Part shown: piece by piece, positions 8,740-17,200 of the stretch
Layout: every line of letters starts with the position of its first letter
How positions within the stretch are numbered: the first letter of the stretch is position 1
Source of the DNA: Verrucomicrobiota bacterium
GTDB taxonomy: Bacteria; Verrucomicrobiota; Verrucomicrobiia; Chthoniobacterales; UBA10450
Direction of reading: 5' to 3'
Assembly: GCA_003218135.1 (NCBI GenBank)
Contig: QHNQ01000023.1
Coordinates: 341-64,340, forward strand
DNA: 64,000 bases
Position numbers and translations under genes: made by a program
Notes under the pieces: generated by a model
Databases searched by the model: none
Told to the model about the DNA's origin: nothing
What the model saw: the letters and a program-made list of their open reading frames with translations, nothing else

Positions 8740-10677
8740 ATGCAGCTTCTCAGCGCATTTTCACGTCCTCAGACTGTTCCGGTTGCGCCGGTTAGTGCCT
8801 CCAGGCCTAAGCTGTGGATACTTGATTCCTGGCGAGACCTGATTTTGTACGTCGGAACGCCGCTGTTGCTGGTGCCGGTGTTTGCGCTGGCACAAGCACG
8901 CTGGAGTCCGCAGGACATTTACCTCTTTGTCGCTGCCTTCGGCGCCATGGGACATCACCTCCCGGGGATGATCCGTGCCTATGGCGATCGTGCCTTATTC
9001 GAACGCTTCAAGTGGCGCTTCGTTCTTGCGCCGCTGTTTTTGCTCGCAGTGTGCACGGCCTTCTTCTGGTGGGACCTTAAAGGGATCTTGCTGGTCGTTT
9101 TCTTTTGGGGCGTTTGGCACGGACTTATGCAGACGTACGGGTTTTGCCGCATCTACGATGCGAAAACCGGAACGTTCGACACGCTGACTCGCCGGCTCGA
9201 CTTCGCCATGTGCGTGATCTGGTTCGCCACTGCGGTGGCGCTCTCGCCATATCGCCTCAGCGACACTCTCGACACTTACTACATGTGCGGTGGACCGTTC
9301 ATTCCGCCATCGGTGGTGCAACTTGGCCAAGGCCTGATTCTGCTCTTGGCCGTCGCCGTTTCCGGCTTGTTTGTCGCGCATTTCTGTCGGCTTTGGATAA
9401 TCGGAAAACGGCCGAATCCGGTGAAGGTAGCTTTGCTGATCACGAGCATCGCGTTTTGGTGGTACTGCAATAATCTCGTAGCGAACATTCTCGTTGGAAT
9501 TGCCCTGTTCGAAGTTTTTCACGACGTGCAATACCTGTCGCTTGTGTGGATCTATAACCGCAATCGGGTTGAGAAAGACAGCAACATCGGCGGATTCATG
9601 CGTTTCGTGTTTCGACGGAGCGGTTCGCTTATGGGACTCTACGTAGGCCTCGTTTTGGCCTATGGCTCCGTATCTTACATCAATGCGCATATCGGCATGG
9701 ACACTATTAAGCGCATCCTTACCGGCGTGGTGACTGCTTCCACGCTGCTGCATTTCTATTACGACGGATTTATCTGGAAGGTTCGGGAACGTTCTACCCG
9801 GCAATCACTCGGGCTCGCAGGCGGCACCGCGGATGTCATGCTGGGCGGTGTTTTTCCCAGCTGGGCCTGGCATGGCTTGAAATGGGTGGGCGTGTTCGTG
9901 TTGCCACTAGGCGCGCTTTGGTTTTGGCAAATCCATCTTGCGATCCCCGAAGTGCAACGCCAGGCGTGGGTGGTTGCCGATGTGCCCATAGGCGCAAGGC
10001 CGCATTTTGAATACGGCTCGGCATTGCAAAAGGAAGGCCGGTTGGAAGAAGCGGTCGAACAGTATAAGATTGGGCTCCAATTTAATCCGAAAGACGCAAA
10101 GGCGCATACGAGCCTTGCTGTTGCATTGACCGGGCAAGCCAAGTTCGATGCAGCGGTCCCGCACATGGAGACGGCGTTGCGTCTTGAACCCAACAATCCC
10201 GACTTCCATCTCGTTTATAGTACTTTGCTTCAACGGATCGGACACAATGATGAGGCTGCGCTGCACTTTAAAACGGCAATACGCCTTAAGCCGGATTCAG
10301 TTGAGGCCCATTACAGCTACGCAGCGTTCCTCGCCGGATTCGGCAACAATGATGAATACATCAGCGAACTTCGAAGAGTTCTACAACTCAGACCCGATTA
10401 CCCTTACGCCGAGCTTCGGCTGGCCGACGCGCTTTTTGCAAACGGCAATCTGAAGGAGGCGGAGGGGCATTATCAGGCAGCACTTCGAGCGGATCCGAAA
10501 CTGACGGTTGCCTATAACAGCCTCGGCAAAGTTTATCTGAGCCAGGGCCAGACTTCGCAGGCGATGATTCAATTTAGTGAAGCCTTGCGACTCAATCCAG
10601 ATTACAAAGAAGCCGAGGAAAACCTGCGTATAGCCAAGGGGGCGGACGATCAGGTGTTTCCGGCGGCGCACCAGTGA
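8740..10677 (+). CDS. polytopic membrane domain (about 400 aa, conserved His motifs) fused to C-terminal TPR repeats; function unknown
   Basis: About 10 hydrophobic segments, with GHHLPGMIRAYGD, WHGLMQTYGF, FHDVQYL and HFYYDGFIWK. The C-terminal 230 aa show about 6 TPR-like 34-aa repeats (A..Y..AL.L.P....A). Confidence 0.6.
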   Translation: MQLLSAFSRPQTVPVAPVSASRPKLWILDSWRDLILYVGTPLLLVPVFALAQARWSPQDIYLFVAAFGAMGHHLPGMIRAYGDRALFERFKWRFVLAPLFLLAVCTAFFWWDLKGILLVVFFWGVWHGLMQTYGFCRIYDAKTGTFDTLTRRLDFAMCVIWFATAVALSPYRLSDTLDTYYMCGGPFIPPSVVQLGQGLILLLAVAVSGLFVAHFCRLWIIGKRPNPVKVALLITSIAFWWYCNNLVANILVGIALFEVFHDVQYLSLVWIYNRNRVEKDSNIGGFMRFVFRRSGSLMGLYVGLVLAYGSVSYINAHIGMDTIKRILTGVVTASTLLHFYYDGFIWKVRERSTRQSLGLAGGTADVMLGGVFPSWAWHGLKWVGVFVLPLGALWFWQIHLAIPEVQRQAWVVADVPIGARPHFEYGSALQKEGRLEEAVEQYKIGLQFNPKDAKAHTSLAVALTGQAKFDAAVPHMETALRLEPNNPDFHLVYSTLLQRIGHNDEAALHFKTAIRLKPDSVEAHYSYAAFLAGFGNNDEYISELRRVLQLRPDYPYAELRLADALFANGNLKEAEGHYQAALRADPKLTVAYNSLGKVYLSQGQTSQAMIQFSEALRLNPDYKEAEENLRIAKGADDQVFPAAHQ

Positions 10678-10681
10678 TTCA

Positions 10682-11533
10682 TTGGCCAGCCGCGCACTTC
10701 ATCTCAATCTGGATGACGCGTGGCGGGATGAGCCGCTCGACCTTGCTGTGGTTGACGCGCGCGAATGGGGCCCGCGCTTACGGTTTTCCGCGCCGCCGCG
10801 CTTGGTCGTCGAGTTTTATCGAGAACAGGAAAGGAATCTCGCAGCGCCGTTCCTGCTCTACGGATCCGGCGATTTCCATTATTTGACGGCGCTGCGACTA
10901 CGCCGCATCGCCGAACCAATCGCCCTCGTCTCTTTCGACAATCATCCGGATTGGGATGTGCGCCCTCCCAAGTGGGGATGCGGCGGCTGGGTGAATCGCG
11001 CACTGGAGCTTCCACACGTGCGACGCGTGAGTGTTTGGGGTTGCGGTAATTTCGAATGCTGGTGGCCTCATCAAATTTTCGGTAATCGTCGCGCTGAACG
11101 TGGGGGCATTCTTGAAGTGCATCCGTGGGCAGACGATCGGCCCGCGAAAGATCGACAACGCAAGGGTGCTATTCTTCGTGAAAATTGGCGCGAGCATTTC
11201 GAGCGATTTTTGAAAACGCTCGCCGGAGAAAATGTTTACGTCACAATCGATCTCGACTGCCTTTGCGCCGACGAGGCCGTGACCAACTGGGAAGCGGGTC
11301 GCTACACGATTGTCGATCTTGAGTGGGCGTTAGGGAAATTACGCGGCTCCTCGCCGATTGTCGGTGGCGATATTTGCGGCGCGTATTCAAAACCAAAATA
11401 CGCGCGTTTTAAACAGCGCTTCGCTGCGGAATTCGATCATCCGAAAATTCGATTACCCGATGAAGGCAACATTCGCGCAACCAATTTAGCGACTCTGGAA
11501 AAACTCTGGCCGTTGTTGGCGAGGCCATTGTAG
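10682..11533 (+). CDS. divergent arginase/ureohydrolase-fold protein
   Basis: Colinear with arginase-family blocks: GSGDFHYLT (versus GGDHS), VSFDNHPDW (versus DAHxD), VTIDLDCLCADEA (versus SxDxDxxDP) and VGGDICGA. TTG start. Confidence 0.45.
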   Translation: MASRALHLNLDDAWRDEPLDLAVVDAREWGPRLRFSAPPRLVVEFYREQERNLAAPFLLYGSGDFHYLTALRLRRIAEPIALVSFDNHPDWDVRPPKWGCGGWVNRALELPHVRRVSVWGCGNFECWWPHQIFGNRRAERGGILEVHPWADDRPAKDRQRKGAILRENWREHFERFLKTLAGENVYVTIDLDCLCADEAVTNWEAGRYTIVDLEWALGKLRGSSPIVGGDICGAYSKPKYARFKQRFAAEFDHPKIRLPDEGNIRATNLATLEKLWPLLARPL

Positions 11534-11587
11534 GGCAAGCGCATCGCTTGCCAACGCTTGCGACAACCGGAAGCAGTTGCCCTACAA
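11527..11587. repeat. TGTAGGGC...GCCCTACA hairpin repeat at a convergent gene junction
   Basis: ATTGTAGGGCAA...GTTGCCCTACAAT. Overlaps the stop codon of the 10682-11533 CDS. Confidence 0.5.
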
Positions 11588-11592
11588 TCTTG

Positions 11593-11937
11593 TTAGCTCA
11601 TTGACACCAGCACAACTCCCGCGCTGATGAGTACTGTACCAACGATAAGTCGCAGGCTGAGTTTTTCCTTTAACACTATGGCCGCCGTCACCGCGATGAA
11701 AATCACGCTCAAACCTTGGAACGGATAAAGATAACTGAGGTCGAATCGCTGGAGCAGTCCGAGGGTAAGAAAAAAGGAAACGGTCATCAGAGCTACTCCG
11801 ATAAGAGCGAGCGAAATGAACCGGGAATTGCGCAGCCCGTTTGTCGCTGATATTTCCATGGCTCTTTTGAGGATGAGCTGAGCCACCACAAAGCTCAGCA
11901 GCGAGACAACTATGAGGACGAAGGCAAGAATGCTCAC
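11593..11937 (-). CDS. small EamA/SMR-like 4-TM membrane protein (ArnE/ArnF-like half transporter)
   Basis: 114 aa with 4 hydrophobic helices. Overlaps the upstream paralogous half-transporter gene by 4 nt. Confidence 0.55.
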   Translation of the reverse strand: MSILAFVLIVVSLLSFVVAQLILKRAMEISATNGLRNSRFISLALIGVALMTVSFFLTLGLLQRFDLSYLYPFQGLSVIFIAVTAAIVLKEKLSLRLIVGTVLISAGVVLVSMS

Positions 11938-12362
11938 AGGCGTTCCTCAATTTGCGCAACAGGTTTGGCCACCAGCGCTAATCCGATAATTACCAGGGCA
12001 ATACCGCACCAGCGCAGGGGTGAAATGAATTCGCCCAGAAACATCCAACAACCGAGCGGAACCAGAATGTCCACGACGCGCGAAAGAGGAAACGCGATCG
12101 TCAGAGGGATGTATCTCAGGACGTAGAGCCAGCTAATAAAGCTGGCGATGATCAGAAGAATTGCCCACCACACGAGGGGCGAAGCCAGACCGTTAATTCC
12201 GGTCCAGGAAAAAGCGCTGTCAGGTTCCGCAATCTCCGTTGCGCCGCGTTTCAAAAGAAACTCGGACACGAGTACGCAGGCCACACTCAATCCGAGTTGC
12301 AGCCATGGATTGCCAAATCCGCGCGGCTGATCGCGCATTTTCTGTGTCTCCTCAGTTGTCAT
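11934..12362 (-). CDS. small EamA-domain membrane protein (ArnE/ArnF-like partner)
   Basis: 142 aa with 4 TM helices and an EamA-like C-terminal helix (LRWCGIALVIIGLALV). Paired with 11593-11937. Confidence 0.55.
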   Translation of the reverse strand: MTTEETQKMRDQPRGFGNPWLQLGLSVACVLVSEFLLKRGATEIAEPDSAFSWTGINGLASPLVWWAILLIIASFISWLYVLRYIPLTIAFPLSRVVDILVPLGCWMFLGEFISPLRWCGIALVIIGLALVAKPVAQIEERL

Positions 12363-12526
12363 GTCGAGCGGAGTCGAGACATCTCTTACTGTCAGTGGGC
12401 GAGGTGCGGAAGCGAAAAAAGGCTAGAGATTTGATTCGCTCACTTCCCTTTCGCTCAGCCTTCGGCCTTCCCGTCTATGTCGCGACTTCCCAGCCGCTCC
12501 ATTCTCGACTTCGCTCGGAATGACAA
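12358..12526 (-). repeat. 169-bp MITE-like element with GTCATTCCGAGCGAAG-type terminal units
   Basis: Its reverse complement aligns by eye with 16950-17115 at about 85% over the first 100 nt. The ends are GTCATGTCGAGCGGAGTCGAGACATCTC and, inverted, GTCATTCCGAGCGAAGTCGAGAATG. Confidence 0.7.
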
Positions 12527-12555
12527 GCACGTGTTTACGGGTTGATGATGCCACA

Positions 12556-13740
12556 TCAGAGCTGATCGGCGTTTGGAAATCGCTGCAAAACCGGATCATG
12601 CCGCGTTGGTCCGAGATATTTGACCACGCGACGAAATATTGGATTGAGCAAGGCGCTGGTGTGCCGCACATAAAGATCGAGCGGTACCAGTTCGCAATCG
12701 AGGTGTAGCTTCGGTTCGTAGTTTAGCGGATTGCTGTAGTAAAATTTCAATCGTTGTTGCAGCGCCCATGAAATGATGTCGCGCAGTGTGTAAAAATAAA
12801 GATGCAGATCAAGCGCCACGCTGTAATCGAGCCCGATGCATTCATCATAAATCGCGTCGCCGCAGACCAGGCAAAAACTGAATGCGACAATTTTGCCATT
12901 GTGCCGCCAGATGAAGAACCGGGCTTGTTCCGGCATTCGCTGCGCAATCGCGCAAAAGTAATTCTTCGTTAGCGTTTCGAATTTTAGTGGCGACCGCTCA
13001 TGAACAGCCAGATACAGCGGATAAATTTCGTCGATGAACGGCGTGATATCGCTCACGACTTCCATCTCAATCTCTGCCACGCGCTCGGCTTTGCGAAATT
13101 TTCTTCTTAAATCTTTGCGGCTGGCCTTACTAAGAGTGCGAAAATATTCATCCCAGTTCGCATAGGGCAGCAGCAGGCGCGTAATGGGCATGCTTGGTAT
13201 GCGTGCGTAACCGTTGGAACAGAGTGACGCGAGAGCGGGGCGGTATTCCGCGTAGAAGTCTTTGAAGACAATGAGTGACGTTTTGTTTTGTTGCGCGTAC
13301 TTTAGCAACTCTGTTTCGAGCGCTTTTGCCACCCACGTTTCATCGTTTTTATCGGACACGCCCAAGTCGCCTGCGCCGGCCGCGCAGCCCACCATCAAAA
13401 CGCGCATCGTGAGAAAACGCGGGAAAATTTTGCGAACCTCGTCAACAATGGAGCGAACTTTGCCCGGGACGCCTTCGACAAGATTCTGCCGGACAAAGAA
13501 GACTGGCTGGATCGCGCGCTGCCGGCCGGAATTGTCTTCGAGCAACAGATAATGATGTTCGAAATCGTTCTGCAGCAATGTGTCTTCGACGATTTCGTAG
13601 TAACGATGATCTTTGCATTTGTCTTGGAACGCCCGTTTCCAGGCATGCGAATTTCGCAACTCGTTACGCGTAACAACCGTCACTACGCCCTGAGGAATTG
13701 GAATGCGGTTGTCATGCAGCATGGTAAAACGAGAATTCAT
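12556..13740 (-). CDS. GNAT-fold acyltransferase, Acetyltransf_6 / CelD-BioF2-like (FemAB-like)
   Basis: 394 aa. LSKASRKDLRRKFRKAE followed by a C-terminal GNAT-like core (FFIWRHNGKIVAFSFCLVCGDAIYDECIGLDY) is typical of this family as I recall it. Confidence 0.5.
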   Translation of the reverse strand: MNSRFTMLHDNRIPIPQGVVTVVTRNELRNSHAWKRAFQDKCKDHRYYEIVEDTLLQNDFEHHYLLLEDNSGRQRAIQPVFFVRQNLVEGVPGKVRSIVDEVRKIFPRFLTMRVLMVGCAAGAGDLGVSDKNDETWVAKALETELLKYAQQNKTSLIVFKDFYAEYRPALASLCSNGYARIPSMPITRLLLPYANWDEYFRTLSKASRKDLRRKFRKAERVAEIEMEVVSDITPFIDEIYPLYLAVHERSPLKFETLTKNYFCAIAQRMPEQARFFIWRHNGKIVAFSFCLVCGDAIYDECIGLDYSVALDLHLYFYTLRDIISWALQQRLKFYYSNPLNYEPKLHLDCELVPLDLYVRHTSALLNPIFRRVVKYLGPTRHDPVLQRFPNADQL

Positions 13741-13750
13741 CTAGTGGCCT

Positions 13751-13832
13751 GTCATCCTGAGCAAAGTCGCAGGATCCCCTGGAATTGCCGTTGGGTATCG
13801 CCACAGGATTCCTCGACTCCGCTCGGAATGAC
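13751..13832. repeat. 82-bp hairpin made of two inverted 27-nt GTCAT(C/T)CC.AGC units
   Basis: GTCATCCTGAGCAAAGTCGCAGGATCC ...28 nt... GGATTCCTCGACTCCGCTCGGAATGAC. Confidence 0.6.
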
Positions 13833-13842
13833 GCTGATGCGT

Positions 13843-14964
13843 CTAAGCCTCTGATCGCTCCGCCATTTCGTTCTTTGCGACCTTTTCCAGTTTGATTACG
13901 CCGTCGCGAATGTGCACGTCGCGCTGCGGAAACGGAAACTCGATTCCCGCTTCACGAAACTTTTCGACAATAGCAAAGTTTAGGTCGCTGCGGTAGCGGC
14001 TTGGGCGAGCGCTCATTTCACTGCTCCATACCATCAGCTTAAAATCGATCGAGCTGTCGCCAAATTGATCGAGAAAAACACCAGGGGCTGGTTCCTTCAA
14101 CGTGTGAGGATTTTCATGTGCGACCGCGAGCAGCGCGTCACGAACTTTGTTGACATCGCTGCCGTACGCGACGCCTACCGGGATGCGAAACCGCACGCGC
14201 CGGTCGCCGTACGTCCAATTGGTGACCGGCGAATCGATAAATTTCGTGTTCGGCACAATCATCATGATGTTGTCGTTGGTGCGAATGACTGTGCTGCGCG
14301 CACGAATGTGCTCCACCTGGCCGGCAATGCCCGCCACTTCGATGCGGTCGCCGATAGTGATCGGTCGCTCCGCCAGGATCACCAGGCCGCTGATGAAATT
14401 ACTCGCGATGTTTTGCAGACCGAAGCCGACGCCGACGCCCACGGCGCCGGCAAAGACCGCCAATGCAGCGAGATGAATTCCGGTGTTCTCCAGAACAATG
14501 ACGATGCCGACCACCAGCACGATGTTGCTGACAACCTGGGCGATCGCGTACTGCAACGAACGGTCCAGCCCACTTTGCGCAAGTAACCGGTTAAAAAGAA
14601 AACGTTTCGTCCCGGACGAGAACCAAAACACTCCGACCAGGAGCGCAACCAGCAGAAAAATTTGAACCAGACTCAGCCTGATCGCCGGAAGAGGCGCGTT
14701 CCAAGCCAGCGGGATTCCCGCGGCATTGATCGCGGTAACGGTGAAAAACACGATCGACGCGAGACTTAAGATGGTCGTGACGATCGCGATGAAATTTGTG
14801 TCGATTTTGAAACGGCTGAAGAAACGGCGCACGATCTCGCTTTGGAGAAATCGGGCAACGACCAGGCCGGCTGCGAAAAAACCGGCGAACGCTATCAGGC
14901 CCAGAAAGGTGACGTAATGTCCGCCTGCTTCAAACAATGGTTTTTCCAACAGTGGGAAACTCAT
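13843..14964 (-). CDS. mechanosensitive ion channel (MscS family)
   Basis: N-terminal TM helices followed by the MscS beta-domain: ITIGDRIEVAGIAGQVEHIRARSTVIRTNDNIMMIVPNTKFIDSPVTNW. Confidence 0.85.
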   Translation of the reverse strand: MSFPLLEKPLFEAGGHYVTFLGLIAFAGFFAAGLVVARFLQSEIVRRFFSRFKIDTNFIAIVTTILSLASIVFFTVTAINAAGIPLAWNAPLPAIRLSLVQIFLLVALLVGVFWFSSGTKRFLFNRLLAQSGLDRSLQYAIAQVVSNIVLVVGIVIVLENTGIHLAALAVFAGAVGVGVGFGLQNIASNFISGLVILAERPITIGDRIEVAGIAGQVEHIRARSTVIRTNDNIMMIVPNTKFIDSPVTNWTYGDRRVRFRIPVGVAYGSDVNKVRDALLAVAHENPHTLKEPAPGVFLDQFGDSSIDFKLMVWSSEMSARPSRYRSDLNFAIVEKFREAGIEFPFPQRDVHIRDGVIKLEKVAKNEMAERSEA

Positions 14965-15080
14965 CGAAATCTAGTCTGAGCCTCGTATTTCGCTTGCGCA
15001 ACCGATAAGCGAAGAACACGGCGCGAGTCGTGCTTTCGCCTCGACTTTTCGATCACTCCAGAATAGGACCAATAAGCGCC

Positions 15081-16388
15081 GTGAAGACGCATCTTGCCGC
15101 CATGTGGGTGAGTCTGCTTTGCGCAGTTGCAATCCCCGCGAACGCAGCCACCATCACCGTCATCAACACCAACGACAGCGGGCCGGGCTCGTTACGACAG
15201 GCGCTGGTCGATGCGAACAACGGCGACATGATTAATTTCGATGCCGCGCTCAAAGGACAGACCGTCACGCTGACTACCGCCGAGCTCGTGATTACCAAGA
15301 ACATCACGATTAGTGGCCTTGGCGCGAATTTGCTGGCAGTGTCTAGGGCGCAAAACGCACCGGCTTTCCGCATTTTCCATCTCATGCCCGCACTGACAGT
15401 CGTCATACAAGGCCTCACGATCAGCAACGGGCTTGCTCCTCAATTCGGTTTCGGCGGCGGGATCTTGAACGAGCGCTCGACGCTCTCGGTCATCAACTGC
15501 GCGGTGAGCGGTAACTCCACAGACAGCACCGGTGGTGGCATCTCCGACGGTTTCCTAGCCGGGAGCACGCTTAGAGTCGAGGGTAGCACGCTCAGCGGCA
15601 ACTACGCTGGAGACTATGGCGGCGGCATCGAAAACAGTGGAACGCTGGCCGTCAACAGTAGCACGCTGAGCGGTAATACAGGAGAATTCACTGGCGGTGC
15701 CATTCTCAATGGCGGATCACTGACAGTGAGCAACAGCACATTGAGCGGGAATGCGACCCAGTTACATGGCGGGGGCATTTGGAATAGCGGACAATGCGCG
15801 ATTCGTAATAGCACCCTAATTGGTAATAGGGGGATGAACGGTGGCGCGATTAATAATCGTCTGGGGACACTTGAGATTGAAAGCACGATTCTAAAAAGAG
15901 GCGAGTCGGGTGCCAACATCCTTAACGACAGCGGCACGGTTACCTCGGACGGGTACAATCTCAGCAGTGATGACGGCAGCGGGTATTTAATTGGTCCAGG
16001 CGATCAGATTAATACCGACCCGCTGCTTGGGCCACTTCAGGATAATGGCGGCCCAACGTTTACGCACGCGCTGTGGCCGGGCAGTCCGGCCATTGATACG
16101 GGCGATCCCAAGTTCACGCCGCCGCCGTTGTTTGATCAGCGTGGACCGGGTTTCGATCGCGTAGTGAATGGTCGCATCGACATCGGCTCGTTTGAAATGC
16201 AATCCGGCGCGACGCCAACTCCAACCCCGACGTCTACCGCCACAGCAACTCCGACTGCAACCGCAACACCGACGCCCACGCCGACATCACCAGCGACTCC
16301 AACACCAACGCCTACCCCGCGACCTGCTCCCTCACCAAGATCCACCCCATCGCCACAGTCTCGCCCCACGCCAGCCCCGCGCCCGTAG
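15081..16388 (+). CDS. secreted right-handed beta-helix repeat protein with Thr/Pro-rich C-terminal tail
   Basis: Signal peptide MKTHLAAMWVSLLCAVAIPANA (GTG start) and an N-terminal GPGSLRQALVDAN (CSLREA-type) motif. About 8 repeats follow of S.L.G N.A...GGGI, then 60 aa of TPTPTP/ATPTPT. The start is uncertain. Confidence 0.65.
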   Translation: MKTHLAAMWVSLLCAVAIPANAATITVINTNDSGPGSLRQALVDANNGDMINFDAALKGQTVTLTTAELVITKNITISGLGANLLAVSRAQNAPAFRIFHLMPALTVVIQGLTISNGLAPQFGFGGGILNERSTLSVINCAVSGNSTDSTGGGISDGFLAGSTLRVEGSTLSGNYAGDYGGGIENSGTLAVNSSTLSGNTGEFTGGAILNGGSLTVSNSTLSGNATQLHGGGIWNSGQCAIRNSTLIGNRGMNGGAINNRLGTLEIESTILKRGESGANILNDSGTVTSDGYNLSSDDGSGYLIGPGDQINTDPLLGPLQDNGGPTFTHALWPGSPAIDTGDPKFTPPPLFDQRGPGFDRVVNGRIDIGSFEMQSGATPTPTPTSTATATPTATATPTPTPTSPATPTPTPTPRPAPSPRSTPSPQSRPTPAPRP

Positions 16389-16548
16389 AACCTCATCCCC
16401 AAAAGTCTGTCGGGCCGTCGCCGCGGCGAAGGCGGGTGATCTGTGTCTGTGAGAAGTGATTAGTGATCAGTTCTAGCTACGACTCTGTCAGCCCGGCTTC
16501 CGTGCTGCAGGCGATGCAGCCTGCCCTCTACAGTGCGTTCGAATTGCG

Positions 16549-16797
16549 CTACTGCTTGGACGATTTCTCTTCGATGTATTTAATGACGTCGCCGACGGTT
16601 TGCAGTTTTTCCGCGTCTTCGTCCGGCACTTCGACCCCAAACTCTTCTTCAAACGCCATCACTAGCTCGACAATATCCAGCGAATCTGCGCCCAAATCCT
16701 CAATGAAAGACGCCTGCGGCGTGACCTGCTCCGGGTTCACGCCTAGTTGCTCGACGATGATGTCTTTGACCTTCTCTTCGATCGATTTTTCCGCCAT
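16549..16797 (-). CDS. acpP: acyl carrier protein
   Basis: 82 aa with [20 protein letters not shown], which includes the phosphopantetheine Ser. Confidence 0.95.
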   Translation of the reverse strand: MAEKSIEEKVKDIIVEQLGVNPEQVTPQASFIEDLGADSLDIVELVMAFEEEFGVEVPDEDAEKLQTVGDVIKYIEEKSSKQ

Positions 16798-16949
16798 AAA
16801 AAATTTGTTCGGTTTGTGTTAGTCGCGCGTGGGTTAAGTCCGGTCCCGCAGAGCGAGAGACAGTCCGGGCACAGCATGGCAAGTAAATGAATTAAACAGG
16901 TTGTCAATCATTTTCGGGAGCTTGGCGCGCGTGCACGAGTGTAATTCTT

Positions 16950-17115
16950 GTCATTCCGAGCGAAGCCGAGAATGGAGCGGCTCGGGAAGCCGCGACATGG
17001 ACGGAAAGGCCGAAGGGTGAGCGAGCGGGGGGGGTGAGCGAATCAAATCTCTCGATCTTCGTCTGGTCGCGCCCGTGAAAGGCAGATTTGAGATGTCTCG
17101 ACTGCGCTCGACATG
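16950..17115 (+). repeat. 166-bp MITE-like element, inverted copy of 12358-12526
   Basis: Runs from GTCATTCCGAGCGAAGCCGAGAATGGAGCGGCTCGGGAAGCCGCGACATGG through GTGAGCGAATCAAATCTCT to GAGATGTCTCGACTGCGCTCGACATG. Confidence 0.7.
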
Positions 17116-17200
17116 CCAAGATGGTGTAATCTGAGGCCCCAACATGAGAGCGTGCTCCGCCGCTACACCTTGAGGTTGCCTTCCGATTTCCTTCGAGTAG

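Noticed and set aside
16136-16402. Gly/Val-rich 88-aa minus-strand ORF.
   Set aside because: It is the antisense shadow of the Thr/Pro-rich tail of the beta-helix protein.
12358-17115. Possible CRISPR array, given the recurring 27-nt unit.
   Set aside because: The units are not regularly spaced, they occur in both orientations as hairpins, they are scattered over 46 kb, and no cas genes are present.
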